64,000 bases of DNA from Hemiscyllium ocellatum (GCF_020745735.1 NC_083435.1:36667090-36731089); one strand, 5' to 3'; shown: positions 37,901 through 50,332, counted from the first letter of the stretch. Numbers and translations: made by a program. The notes: a model not told the origin generated them from the letters alone.

Positions 37901-40513
37901 AGTTCCAGCCTGCTCAGTTAACTAAGAATGAATCAGCTTAATTTAGAAATAGCTACTCAACTCCTGCACATTTCAGGAACACGCAACCATCAAAAACAGA
38001 GTTCAAAATAGGTATCAATTTCCTTGCTGGGAAATTATGCAGTCATCCTGGCAAGTCCCTGTTTACAAAAGCAGTCCTTCCTCCTCATAGTCCACAGTTT
38101 TAAAGATACAAAGATATAAGCAACATAGACCTGACATGGTTCTAATCCCATGTTCTGATCTAACCTCACTGATCTATGAAACCGTTCTCCCATTCCATTC
38201 AGTGTCTGTCTGTTGTTTGTGTTTTCACCCTTTCCCATCACAGTTCAGCCTGAAGTGTTCATCTCCAGGAGGGAGCCCAATGGTCAGGACAAGCCACTCA
38301 CTCTCTCCTGCCTGGTCACTGGGTTTTATCCTGCAGACATCGAGGTGACCTGGCTAAGGAATGGAGAGGTCATGTCTGAGACCCAATCCTCGGGGGTACG
38401 ACCGAACCACGATGGGACCCATCAGATCCAGAAAGAGATTGAGATCAATGCTGGGGATGAGGATCAATACTCCTGTCAAATTGAACACAGCAGCCTGGCA
38501 GAGGGCAAGCTCTATCAGTNNNNNNNNNNNNNNNNNNNNNNNNNNNNNNNNNNNNNNNNNNNNNNNNNNNNNNNNNNNNNNNNNNNNNNNNNNNNNNNNN
38601 NNNNNNNNNNNNNNNNNNNNNNNNNNNNNNNNNNNNNNNNNNNNNNNNNNNNNNNNNNNNNNNNNNNNNNNNNNNNNNNNNNNNNNNNNNNNNNNNNNNN
38701 NNNNNNNNNNNNNNNNNNNNNNNNNNNNNNNNNNNNNNNNNNNNNNNNNNNNNNNNNNNNNNNNNNNNNNNNNNNNNNNNNNNNNNNNNNNNNNNNNNNN
38801 NNNNNNNNNNNNNNNNNATGAAACCATTTCTTGGACACTTTTTCACTAACTACACCCCTCCAACCATTCACTCACTCCTTCACCTCACCCAAGGCCGATC
38901 TACCCCACCAGCACTAGTAAGGACAGGACACAGAGATATCGGGGAGAATGGGAACTGAACTGTCTGGGGAGGTAACCCCCAGGACAGGTACAACACGATG
39001 TTTATACCCCTATCAATGGGATCTTGGTGACTTCACTGGAGAGTGAAATCGGGAGAGGGTCAAACCAGCATTTCAACCAATCCCAACAATTCCCAACAGC
39101 TCGGAGCAGTTAAAATTGTTCCCAATCAATACAGAGCTAGAAATAAATCCAGGAACAGAGAGAATCCTGATATATTTCCAATGTGTTTCAGAAAATCTGA
39201 AAAGCAATTGGCTGCATTCCCATCTTGGAAGTCTCATTGCATCAATGGTCATTCTATTGGCTGTTATTGTCGGGATAGTCGGAATAATCATCTGGAAAAG
39301 GTCACGGAGAGGTAAGAATCAGAGAGAGGGGAATGTGGAACTGAGGGGACAGAGTGAGTGTGGGGGAATCTCCAGTACTGGGAGTACAGGGCACTGTGGG
39401 GAATGGAACTGATTGAATCCCCACACACAGATACACACGTATAAACACGTTTCGTTCACTGTCTGATCATCCTTTGTGTGATCAGCCCAGACCAGGTCTA
39501 ATATTTATCATTAAACCCACTTCACACAATCAGATCCTCACTGAGTGAATATTAATGGACATGAAGGGGTTTTCTGCATCTGGTGGGGATGCAGGGGAGG
39601 GGAGTATGGGAATGAGGATTTCTGACACAATCTCTGTAAAACCTTCCTTACTGCCTTGTTTGTGTGCCATCACCTTGATAACTTTTTAACATTTGTTTAC
39701 AGTCTCTGAGAATGGATTATTCCCCATCCTAATGGATGTTTATTTTGTTTCTGCAGGTTCACCAAGTGGGACCTACACAACAGCTCCCAGTAAGTGACTG
39801 AGGGGACAGAGTGTTGGGAATGATGGATAAGGTAATGGGAGGTGTAGATCAGATCACCTGCAGAATGGAAACAGGCCTTTCAGCCCAACTCTCTGAAGAG
39901 TAACCCACCCAGACCCATTCCCCTACCCTATATTTACCTCTGACTAACACACCTAACACCATGGGCAATGTAGCATGGCCAGTTCACCTTTGGATTGTGG
40001 AAAACCGGAGCACCCGGAGAAAACCCACACAGACACGGGGAGAATGTGCAAACTCCACACAGACAGATACCCGAGGTGGGAATTGTACCCGGGTCCCTGG
40101 TGCTGTGAGACAACAGTGCTAACCACTGAGCCACCGTGCTGCCCCTATTAGAGTGTAGAGTTATATTTGCCAGGGTGTTGCTCAGGGTGACGGGTCCGCC
40201 TCCTCACAATGCTGTTTCTCAGCCAACACTCTCTTATCGTCCTGTTTCTCTACTCCATGTCCCCAGTGCCTCTCCTTCGAATTGTCACCCTCCATTCCCT
40301 TCCCCCACTGCCCCTCCCTCCACTCACTCACCCTTAATTCCCACTGGGGGGTGCTCGGAGAGTCTGGTTAGTTAATGCTGAGGGCGATTAAATCCTGGGT
40401 CCAGTGAGTGATAGAGAATACCTCACACTGTCTGATTTTATATTTGATATAATTTCTCATGTTCTGTTTTTATTTTCTCAGCTTCTGAAGTCTCTGGTGC
40501 AGCTTCTTCATGA
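31855..40513 (+). CDS. MHC class I heavy chain gene B (nonclassical, divergent alpha1/alpha2)
   Basis: join(31855-31906,34167-34427,36987-37277,38244->38519,39192-39311,39757-39789,40482-40513). GT-AG phase 1, open frames; last bases of alpha3 fall in the N gap. Confidence 0.9.
32630..33570. repeat. 39/40-bp minisatellite, about 23 copies, gene B intron 1
   Basis: unit ccaggttagtgatagaccgggtttgtccc(t/a)ggctact(gct/at). Confidence 0.95.
33650..33943 (-). mobile_element. HE1-type V-SINE
   Basis: aaaccggagcacccagaggaaacccac...accactgaaccaccgtgcc. Confidence 0.8.
34167..34427 (+). CDS. gene B alpha1 exon
   Basis: ttacag|ATGCT...ACTG|gtaag, 261 bp, DANTFSVIFTAVSG...STNQTT. Confidence 0.92.
34600..35860 (+). 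mobile_element. CR1 RT fragment split by an LTR-like insert (about 35025-35720)
   Basis: WSVPLGSALGPLLSIIYISDLD...FAD; CR1 resumes at tttaatttagataaatgtgagg; the insert has TATAAA and AATAAA. Confidence 0.55.
36987..37277 (+). CDS. gene B alpha2 exon
   Basis: ggcag|GAATT...GAAG|gtatt, 291 bp (5 aa longer than A and C), single Cys in EEVCVQ. Confidence 0.92.
37292..38136. mobile_element. solo-LTR-like insertion in gene B intron 3
   Basis: intron 3 is 116 bp in A and C but 966 bp in B; the extra 845 bp starts TGTTA and ends TGACA. Confidence 0.6.
38244..38519 (+). CDS. gene B alpha3 exon (3' end in assembly gap)
   Basis: cacag|TTCAG..., 3 aa differences from gene A alpha3. Confidence 0.92.
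38520..38817. other. assembly gap (298 N)
   Basis: N run, starting where a (GT)n microsatellite follows alpha3 in A and C. Confidence 0.98.
39192..39311 (+). CDS. gene B transmembrane exon
   Basis: tttcag|...|gtaag, 120 bp, ENLKSNWLHSHLGSLIASMVILLAVIVGIVGIIIWKRSRR. Confidence 0.85.
39757..39789 (+). CDS. gene B cytoplasmic exon
   Basis: ctgcag|...|gtaagt, GSPSGTYTTAP. Confidence 0.8.
39855..40140 (-). mobile_element. HE1-type V-SINE
   Basis: acagtgctaaccactgagccaccgtgc head on the minus strand. Confidence 0.8.
40482..40513 (+). CDS. gene B last coding exon
   Basis: ctcag|CTTCT..., TSEVSGAASS-stop, donor gtaagt at 40518. Confidence 0.75.
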
Positions 40514-40599
40514 TTCAGTAAGTGACATGTCAACTTTTCTCTGACTTAGGTTTATTTAGATTTAGATTCTCTAGATTTATTTGTGACATTTTCACATCC

Positions 40600-40915
40600 C
40601 TCCTGATCCTAACGCACCCTCCCAGACACTATTAACCCCTGTCAGACTAATTCCCCTCCCCTCCCCACCCTGTCCAACCCTCCCAGACACTGTTAAACCC
40701 TGTCAGACTAATTCCCCTCCCCTCCTCATCCTGTCCCACCCTCCCAGTCACTGTTTAACCGTTTCAGACTAATTCCCCTCCCCTCCTGACCCTGTCCCAC
40801 CCTCCCAGACATTGATAAACCCTGTCAGACTAATTCCCCTCCCCTCCTCACCCTGTCCCACCCTCCCAGACACTGTTAAACCCTGTCAGACTAACTCCCC
40901 TCCCCTCCCCACCCT
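40600..40915. repeat. about 61-bp minisatellite, 5 copies, gene B last intron
   Basis: same unit. Confidence 0.9.
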
Positions 40916-41999
40916 GAAGTGATTGCCTTGTGTCTCTCCATTCCTGACCTTGTGGGTTTCCTAGGCCCCACTACAGGACATTCCTGGAGCCTCATTGCGG
41001 AATAACAGGATTCTCCTGTTCCAGTGGGAACATGGACACCATTGTCTGTCCTTCCATATCACAGCAGACACACAGAATTACAGCTCATTGCTCACACTCA
41101 ATTCCTTCAGGACTGAGATCAATTTTTCAGGGAATGTGTTTCCACAGGTTGAGCAGTGAATCCCAGATCCCCAGGTTTGGATCCTGGTTCTTCAAGTGAG
41201 ACCTTCTCAAGTCGTGTTTCCATCCTGTCCCAGAAATGTGTGCAGTGTCACCGTCAGAGGGATCTTCACGGATGGTTCCTCCCTCACACTTTCTCATCTT
41301 CACTGTCTTCAGTGGGTCAGTGATTGACCTGAAATGAAGCAATGTCCTGAGGGAACTCAGAGACAGTTTTTATATTGAAGGAAATTGGTTTTGTATCTGA
41401 CATTAACAAATTTCACATGTTATGTCAGCTCTGTACATACATATCAGTTTTACAAATTCTAATTCTTAGATAAATATCTATATAAATACTCTAAATCTGA
41501 TTTATTGTTGAATACTAAAATCTGTCACAACTTATCACCATTGTTTAACTACAATCACCAATATGTGTCATTTGTAATCGCTAGAAGTTATTTATTGTCT
41601 TATTGATTTTGATGTTTTTATTAATGATTCCACAGGAATGATTATATTCATTTACACAGCAGCAGCTTGTGGCTCTTGGAATCAGCAGATGTTGAGCTTC
41701 AATTCACTGTGAACTGGGGGAGTTATGACCATCCAACTCCCCAACAAGCCTTCCCCAAACTAACCAGGAAGCTCAAAGTGAGGTTTATTTCATATGTGTG
41801 TTTCAGAGCTGGATGGTTGATAATGTCTGGGAGTGTTCATTCCCCGGGAGGAGGGGGGGATGGGTGAGGGGGAGTGTGAAGAGAGGGCCAGGCAGCTGCT
41901 GAGAATCAGGAATACTTCACTGACTGGTGACCCAGCAGCTATTGGGGGGAGGAAAGGGCAGGCTCACCAGCTGAATGACCCACACAATCCTTGAGACGT

Positions 42000-44700
42000 T
42001 ATCAGGAGAGAATCGTAAAGTGACCCCTGACCTGTCCACTCTCCAGGAATGAGATTTCAGCTTCAAGTCTATCCTGCAATTGGACATGTTAATGATTATA
42101 CTGAGATGATAACTCTTGACAAAAAGTCATTGCTCCTGATCAATCCTGTCAGAATCTTTTAAACGATGTCAGCTATGTTTTGGTACAATGTAATTCTTGT
42201 TTGAAAAATGATACAGTGCTTGAATAATGAGAATGTAAGAAATGGGAATAAGATGAAAATGGATTTTATTCCTGACTCTCTGTTCCCTCAGTCGCTTCCT
42301 GCAAGTCTGTGTCACACTCGTTCCATCTGCAGGAACAAAATTCCCGTCAGTTTGAATGATATTCGGTCACCAGGGACAGTCCAATCCTGGAATGAAACCT
42401 GGGTTCGAGGTGGAATATTTGTAGATGGGGTTCCCATGCAGGTTAGTCACTGAAACATATTCACATGAAGCTGCTGATGTTCTTTTACAAGGGAGTCTAT
42501 GTTGACACAAGAAAGGAAAAGAAACAACCAAAGCTGTGTATTTTATATACAGTATATATCCGCAGTCAGAAAGATCTTTGTGCAAATAAGAAAACTGGTT
42601 CAATCTGTTCCACAACACGGTTACAGATATTCACTAAAAGGTCAATTCTGTCAGTATTTATTTTACTGGCTCTCCCTAGTTCCTTATCCTTGGAACGCTG
42701 AGACAGATTCATGACTCCTTCCCAAATCTGTTGGAATGAACCTTTCACAATTCAGATTGTTTCAATCTTTCCAGTTCCAACAATTGACTTTGATCCAAAC
42801 CCTCCCGGTTGAGAAGTTCCAGAAACTGCAGCCCTCTGGCTCGGGTCTCTGGTTTTCCTGAATTGAACTAAAAATGTCATTTTCTTGCAAGGAGAAAACT
42901 GTTCTCACCCCTGAACTGAGACCTTTAACCTTCTGTCCTGAAGTTAAAACAAAACTATTGACCTTTCTCTCTTTTCCCGGTTTGGCATGAACTCAGCAGT
43001 GACAACTCTTAATTCATTCACACCCAAGGGATTCTGTTTGTTTGCTCGATGAGAATTGATGCACAACGATCACTGTTTTAAATGACTTCCTGACCTCTTT
43101 AATATGATCACCTTTACAAACTGACCAATATCCATCTGCCTCTATTGTAAAATCCAAATGATAATTCCGTACCTGTCAACACAATCAGGGAAAGTCCATT
43201 CCCAGAGAGTGGGAACACACAAGTGTGAGGGAATGGAGATTGTGTCAGAACCTGATGGAGATTCTGGACATCGCTTCCATTCCATCGATATTCCCTGAGG
43301 ATGTGAGTGTGTGAGATGGGTTTGATGACCAACATCAGACTTGTACTAAAGGACATAGCTGCTAGACTGGGTCTGCAGCAGGTGGTGCAGGCTTGTGCTA
43401 TATCCAAACTGTTCCAGTACAGTTACAACACTGGCATCTACCCACACAATCAGGAAAAATCCCAGGATATATTTCCTGTGACACCTCAGTTGTTGGGTTT
43501 TCAACTGGTTTTCCAAACACAGTAGGTATCACTCCCACCCGTAATCCAGCTGCCTCCTTTCCAAGGATAAACTGTATTTCCTGAACAGGGAATTTCTCTC
43601 ATATTCCTATTGACCCTCCACCACTTTTCACCGGACTCTCCAACCTCACTTTGAATTTGAATGCAACATATTACCATCTCTTCTGTCAATACAGTAGTCT
43701 CCCCCGTACCCAGGGGGGATACGTTCCAGGACCTATCCGCGGAAGCTTGAAATGGCGGATAGGAGCGAGCCCATTCATTTACATGGGAAATGTACCTTCC
43801 CGGCAGCCTCCTGGTCCCTGGTTCTGGAACATTCCCTTTCATATGTTCGGGCGGCAGTAACTGAAACCACAGAAAACAATTCCATGGATACTGGGGTCGC
43901 CCCTGTCCTCCTTTTGAATGACATATTCCCTCATTCCTCAGCATCAAAGATTGATGTTTCCTGTTTCCATGCGCTTCCTCCTGCACAGGAACGTTCCTTA
44001 AAGAGATCTGGCCCTTCTCAACCAACCCCTGACCAGGCTGTACATTCCTCCTGCAGCTTTTTAGCTTCTACTGTGATCAATCTCCTTTACTGCTTTAACA
44101 AACCCCACTGGCTTCTCCTGTTTTACCATATCCTTCTTCCCAGTGCTTTTCCTCAACCGCCAACATTGCAACTCATGTCTCCCTCCTTATGACAGTGAAA
44201 ATGTCTGAGTTTTTAAAATTTCTCTTCCCCTTTCTTGGTTTTCCTTTTTAACTTGTGGTAAACTGTCTTTATTGTCTTCAACCCTTTCCTTTACCACCTG
44301 AGGATAGCTCTTTGCCCAAATTCTGTCCCTCACAGATTGAAATAATCATCAGCCGATTCTGCTGCTAATCTCTGAGCTCTTCCATATGAGTTCACACGAA
44401 ATCAGGGAATGAATTTTCAAATCCTCCAAAATAACAGTTCCCCCTAAAAGTGTCATATGTCTGATCTATTTTAATGCCCCTATTCACCTCTCAAAGTTAC
44501 TTTGTTTGATTCTTTCAAACTCAAAGTAGCCTGATGAGGTACCTTCTTTAGATTTCAAAACATTAGCTGTTGACCTCTGGCACTAGTTCATCTGCATATT
44601 TGGTTTTGTTTACCTTCTCATATTCCTCAGGTACCTCCTCTGATAGTGATTCAAACACTTCACCAGCTTTATCTACTACCTCTGTTTGCATTAACAATAC
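42000..44700 (-). mobile_element. highly decayed L1-like LINE with a Tigger-like MITE (about 43691-43905)
   Basis: weak RT-like remnants (VLEQFGYS, GGL); TA-cagtagtctcccc terminus with an imperfect inverted end. Confidence 0.35.
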
Positions 44701-44733
44701 CCTCAATTATCACTAGCCATTCCATTTGTTTAG

Positions 44734-44954
44734 AGCTGAAAATGTGTTGCTGGAAAAGCGCAGCAGGTCAGGCCAGCATCCAAAGAGCAGGAGAATCGAG
44801 GTTTCAGGCATGAGCCCTTCTTTCTGAAGAAGGAATCATGCCTGAAACGTCGATTCTCCTGTTCCTTGGATGCTGCCTGACCTGCTGCGCTTTTCCAGCA
44901 ACACATTTTCAGCTCTGATCTCCAGCATCGGCAGCCCTCACTTTCTCCTCGAAG
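44734..44954. mobile_element. 221-bp palindromic Penelope-derived non-autonomous element with 15-bp TSD
   Basis: about 85-bp inverted arms; TSD attccatttgtttag 44719-44733 / attccatttatttag 44955-44969. Confidence 0.8.
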
Positions 44955-45226
44955 ATTCCATTTATTTAGCCACTTTCACAAATGAAATAAAAAGGGCTTC
45001 TTGCCGAACCTAGCCAAGGCTTGGACAGAGATAAAGAGATCCCACCAGGCCTTTGGCTACGCTGGGTTTACTGGCCATCACTATTCCCATCACTAATCCC
45101 ACCTTTCACCTCTACACCCACCATTTTAAATTGTCTTTCATTTTTCAGTACCAACTTCTGAAGTTCAAAATCTCTCTCTTTCTCCCTTTTCCCTCTCGGC
45201 TTATCCATGCACTAAAGTGAGTAACT

Positions 45227-45550
45227 CAACCTGTCTGAGTGTGACCCTCCTGGGAACTGGTGACAGAAATCTGTTCATCCCTTTAGTGGGTATTTTACTG
45301 AGACTGGGACCAATCATTGACTCTCTGCTTCTGCAGCTTGAAGCTCAGGAAATGACCTGCAGCTCAGCATTGACATGGACTGGTGAGGGAGAAGGTGGTT
45401 TGTCCTTCCAGACTCTCAACACCAGTTGTTGCCAACTCCCCTTCCTCCCAGTCTCTGATTGGAACAGGGACAGCGGATTAACCCCATTCTCCAGGATGTA
45501 GAAACCCTGAGATCAGAGAAGCTCAGAGCAAATGGGAAATGGTTCCAATA
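45227..45550 (+). pseudogene. relic class I 5' region: gene C-type promoter with leader exon deleted
   Basis: S 45227-45232, X 45246-45266, CCAATCA 45310-45316, CTGATTGG 45455-45462; then jumps directly to intron-1 sequence (caggatgtagaaaccc) with no ATG exon. Confidence 0.7.
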
Positions 45551-45559
45551 GACAACTCA

Positions 45560-46300
45560 CCCCTTGTAAGTCATCCCCCCCACAAGAATCCAAAACGGTA
45601 CTTGTTCATGAGGGAACGGCCGCAGGGGGTCTCTGCACTGGCTGCTTCATCCCAGACCCCCTCACTGTGACCCATCTGTCTGCAATCTTTGGAGTTACTA
45701 CTTCCCTAAAGCTCTGACCTATGACCCCCTCTGCCTCCCGAATGATCCTAAGTTCATCCAACTCCAGCTCCAGTTCCCTTACACGGCCTTGGAGGAGCTG
45801 GAGATGGGTGCACTTCCTGCAAGTGTAATCAGCAGGGACGACCATGGCATCCCTCACCTCAAACATGTTGCAAGAGGAACATTGCACTGCCTTCACTGCC
45901 ATCCCTCTAAAAGTAACCTTTAAAAAAAACTCGGTCTAAACACTAGAAAAAGCAAAATGTAGCACTTACCTTCTTACCACAACGGGGCTTATTATTAGGT
46001 GAGAGGAGGAGGGCGGGTGGGAGGCACTACCTCAGGTTCCTCTCCTGCGCGCCTTTATAGGGACACAACTTACCCAGGTAAGCTTGCGCTACACCAGCTT
46101 CCGGGTCCGCTCCGTGCTTTTTAAAAAAAAATTCAAATTTAAACCGTTAAACAAACGTCACCGAGCCTTCAAGCAGCACTGCCAAACAGCCCTTACCTGC
46201 TCTGCTGAGAGAGTGAGGCCGAGGCCTTGAAGCTGCACGCCTTTATAGGGGAAAAAACAACCAACTTACCCAGGTTCTAGGTTAACACCAGGGTACTGCC
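45560..46300 (-). mobile_element. CR1 5'UTR and ORF1 N-terminal fragment
   Basis: ORF 45606-45902 with CSSC...CRKC zinc-finger pattern followed by a coiled coil (RVRELELELDELR). Confidence 0.7.
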
Positions 46301-46689
46301 CAGGAAGTGGGATAGGCTGGGCTGGGGGAAAGGTAAACAGATGGCTAACTCCTCTGTCTTTAATCCTGTTTTAATGGGGCATCTAACCTCATGGACTGGA
46401 ACATCCTATCTCTTTACTGCCCCTGGGGAAGGTCCTAGGCTGGCAGTACTGGGTTTCCCATGGGAAAGGAGTCATTTTCTCTGGGCTGAGCATCATTCCC
46501 GGGAGAGTGTTAGTGTCTCACTGTCCTGACTGATTTTTCTCTCTGCCTCTGGGACATGCCCATTTGTTTGAAGCTTTTCTCCTCTGTTTGTGTCCTGTTT
46601 GTTCTGCTGGCATGTCTGAGCCAAGCAGCCTGAATGCATTGGATTAAATCAACTGTTTTTCTTAAACTGCCTTCTGTGGGAGATCAATT

Positions 46690-47262
46690 TAGGTTAGAGA
46701 TGGACCAGGTGTGTTCCAGGTTAGTGATGGACTGGGTGTGTCCCAGGTTATTGTTCCAGGTTAGTGATAGACTGGGTGTGTCAAACATCACAGGGATTTT
46801 TGGTGAATGGGTTAAAATTCATTGATGTATTTGAATAAGGTAAGGTCCATGTGAAAAGTGGCAGATTGTCCCCGATTAGTAACAGCATGAAGAGATCTAT
46901 TTAGGTTAGCGATAGACCAGGTCTGTCCCCGATCACTATTCCAGGTTAGTAATAAACCAGGTGTGTCTTAGGTTACTGCTCCAGGTTAGTGATAGACTGA
47001 TTGTGTCCCAGGTTACTGTTCCAGGTTAGTGTTAGACCAGGTGTATCGCTGGTTACTGTTCCAGTTTCGTGATAGACTGTGTGTTGCCAGGTTACTGCCA
47101 CAGGTTAATGATAGACCGGGTGTGTCCCAGTTTACCATTCCAAGTTAGTGATAGACCAGCTGTGCCCTGGTTACTGTTCCAGGTTAGTGATAGATTGAGT
47201 GTGTCCCTCATTACTGTTCCAGGTTAGTGATAGACTGGGTGCCCCCCGGTTACTGTTCCAGC
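46690..47262. repeat. degenerate copy of the 39/40-bp minisatellite
   Basis: repeated ccaggttagtgatagac...gtgtccc...gttactgtt. Confidence 0.8.
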
Positions 47263-48178
47263 AATTTCTGGCACTGAAGATTTTTCTGTTGTAACAAAGG
47301 TTGCAATGGTGAATGGAGTTATAGTTAATTATCATGTCAGTAATATTCAAAGGACAATTGCCAGGCAGCAATTCATGGCACAATCTTTCAATCAGTGTTC
47401 TGGACCAGGCCAGGCCCCACAAAACACTTTAAGAAGGTCACCCAGACCCTAACATTTTCCTGTTTTAAAGGCAGATGTGAAGTGAATATTCCAGGAGTGA
47501 TGCAGCTGGTCAAACCACTCCGCTTGAAGCAAAACACAACTTATTTACACCCTACAGTTGAAACATGAACAAAATAAAACAGAATTCGGAATAACAGCGA
47601 TTTGAAAACCCAACTGACCTGAGATAGCAACTTAACTAAGGAGCTATTCCAGTCCCTGTGATGCTCCACAAACATATCTCTTGGCAAAAAGGAATTTCAA
47701 ACCCAGGTTCTTACAGGCAGAAGAGATTGAAGAGAGAAGAGTCAGGCAAGAAATATCTGTTGAAGCATGGAACCTTTTTTTTAATTGTAGCGGCTTCTCT
47801 GCTACCAGCAAGTTCTGACTTCCTGCTGAAAACAAACCAAACTAGAAAATGACCTGAGCTGGGAGAACTGGCTACTCCCCTGTCATTGTTTATAGTAACC
47901 GTTTGCAGACATATTGGCACCTCTGCCTTTACAACCCGTCTTGAAAAAAGCCGAGGACAGCTTTTAGGTGGACTTCAGTGTCAGGATCTTGTTTCACCAC
48001 CTGGTCTCCATTGGCAGTGTCAGGTAGCTCAGGGGATGGTGATTCCAGATCATAATGTGACCTGAGTATTTGACCCACATTTCAGGCAGACAGAGGGATC
48101 CAATGGGTGGATAGGAAGAAGGAGGAATTACAGCGAAAGGCAAATAGACATTGATGCAATGTTAAGATAGCAACAGTA

Positions 48179-48311
48179 NNNNNNNNNNNNNNNNNNNNNN
48201 NNNNNNNNNNNNNNNNNNNNNNNNNNNNNNNNNNNNNNNNNNNNNNNNNNNNNNNNNNNNNNNNNNNNNNNNNNNNNNNNNNNNNNNNNNNNNNNNNNNN
48301 NNNNNNNNNNN
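48179..48311. other. assembly gap (133 N)
   Basis: N run. Confidence 0.98.
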
Positions 48312-49280
48312 GCCACACTCACAGGAATCCGATTCACGAGAGAGGAAGAAAAGGACAACCAGCTCCCATTCCTAGACGTGATGGTACAGAGAACATCGAA
48401 CGGAGAATTCACCACAAAGGTATACAGAAAAGCCACACACACAGACCAAGTCCTGAACTATGAAAGCAACCACCCCAACACACACAAACGAAGTTGCATC
48501 AGGACATTATTCAAAAGGGCCACAACACACTGCAGCACGCCTGAACTACAAAAAGAGGAAGAAGAGCACCTATACAAGTTATTCACCAAGAATGGATACC
48601 CGCGCAATTTCATCAACAGATGCCTTAAGGAAAGACAACGAAATGAGGACATGCCACAACCCAAAGGACTGGCCACACTCCCATATATCAGGAGCATTTC
48701 TGAACTGACAGCCAGACTGCTGCGACCACTAGGACTCATAACAGCACACAAACCAACAGCCACCCTCAGACAACAACTCACCAGGACAAAGGACCCGATA
48801 CCCAGCATGAGCAAAACCAACGTAGTGTACAAAATCCCATGCAAGGACTGCACAAAACACTACATAGGACAAACAGGAAGACAGCTAACAACCTGCATCC
48901 ATGAACACCAACTAGCCATGAAATGACACGACCAGCTATCCCTAGTAGCCATACACTCAGATGACAAACAACACGAATTTGATTGGGACAACACCACTAT
49001 TATAGGGCAGGCCAAACAGAGAACAGCCAGGGAATTCCTAGAGGCATGGCACTCATCCACAAATTCTATCAACAGACTCATCGACCTAGACCCGAGATAC
49101 CGACCACTGCAGCGGACAGAAACTGACAACCGGAAGTGGCAGATTCAAACCAGTATAAATGCCGGAGGAATCAGCACAGAAGCGCTTCACAGGAGGCTCC
49201 CAAGCATTGAAGATGTCACCTAGAAAGGGGACGAAACGTTTGCAACAAAAACTCCCAGCTAGGCGAACAGAATCACATTA
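48312..49280 (+). mobile_element. Penelope-like element (RT thumb + GIY-YIG endonuclease, 3' end)
   Basis: ORF 48378-48926: LPFLDV, VYRKATHTD, VVYKIPCKDC...YIGQTGR; premature stop at 48924-48926. Confidence 0.9.
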
Positions 49281-49429
49281 AACAACCCCTCAGTTCAAGT
49301 TTAGTCTGCACTGTTGACAGAACCCACAGCTACACAAACAGGGTTCGAAAAAGGTATCCAATTCCTTAATTTGAAAAAATACAACCATCCTTGTAAATCC
49401 CTGGGACTAAGAAACCCTGTCCCAAGCAG

Positions 49430-50332
49430 GTCCTCGTAGTTGGACCGTTCCATACCACCTGTCCTTCGTGGGGAAGTTTATGAAGAAAAACACCTTTGAC
49501 CACAAGTCCATTAGGAAGTGGTCAGCACGTAGTGTTCTCGAGACCCTTCGGGAAAAGGAGAGGGCGGATCCTATCGAGCGGTTCCCTGAGCAGACTGTCA
49601 AAGTCATTTGGCAGAATGCCTCATCGCCTGAACTTTCCAACAAGCACCAAGACATGGCTTGGCTGGTGGTTAGAAGGGCTCTACCTGTGAGATCCTTTAT
49701 ACACATCCGGACTCTCAGCCGCACCGCATGCTGCCCTCGAAGCGGCTGCGGGGGGCACGAGACTGTCACACACCTCCTTCTGGAATGTGCCTACGCAGAA
49801 GAAGTCTGGCGAGGAATGCAGTGGTATTTGTCGAGGTTCGTCCCGAGCAGCGCCGTGATGCGGGACTCCGTGCTCTACGGCCTGTTCCCCGGGACGCACA
49901 CCGAGACGAACATCAACTGTGCCTGACGATCATCATCTCGGTGAAGGACGCTCTCTGGGCGGTCCGAAACCTGTTGATCTTCCAGCTGAAGGAGTTGACC
50001 CCGACTGAGTGTTGCAGACTGGCACATTCCAAGGTCCAGGACTACGTGTTGAGGGAATCGCTGAAGCTTGGGGCAGCTGCCGCCAAGGCGCGGTGGGGAA
50101 AGACCACCGTGTAACAGCTGCCTGTCTAAAGAAGATCGGGGGCCCATGCAGTCGTTTGGGATCTGCTGACGCCTCGGCTAAATATGTGGATAGTAATCGT
50201 ACAGACCTGAATATATGAATGATTACTGTCTCTGTATGCAAAGAAATTGAATGTTTACATATATATGCTATGACCGATTGTACAGATCATCAAAATATTT
50301 ATGAATAAAGTATATTTTTGAAATAAAAAAAA
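49430..50332 (+). mobile_element. Tx1/L1-clade retrotransposon 3' fragment
   Basis: CPRSGCGGHETVTHLLLEC CCHC motif, ...WGKTTV end, AATAAA and poly(A) at about 50321-50332; same family as 11621-12895. Confidence 0.88.

Noticed and set aside
38213-38871. Long ORFs across 38.5-38.8 kb and 48.1-48.4 kb
   Set aside because: Artefacts of N runs.
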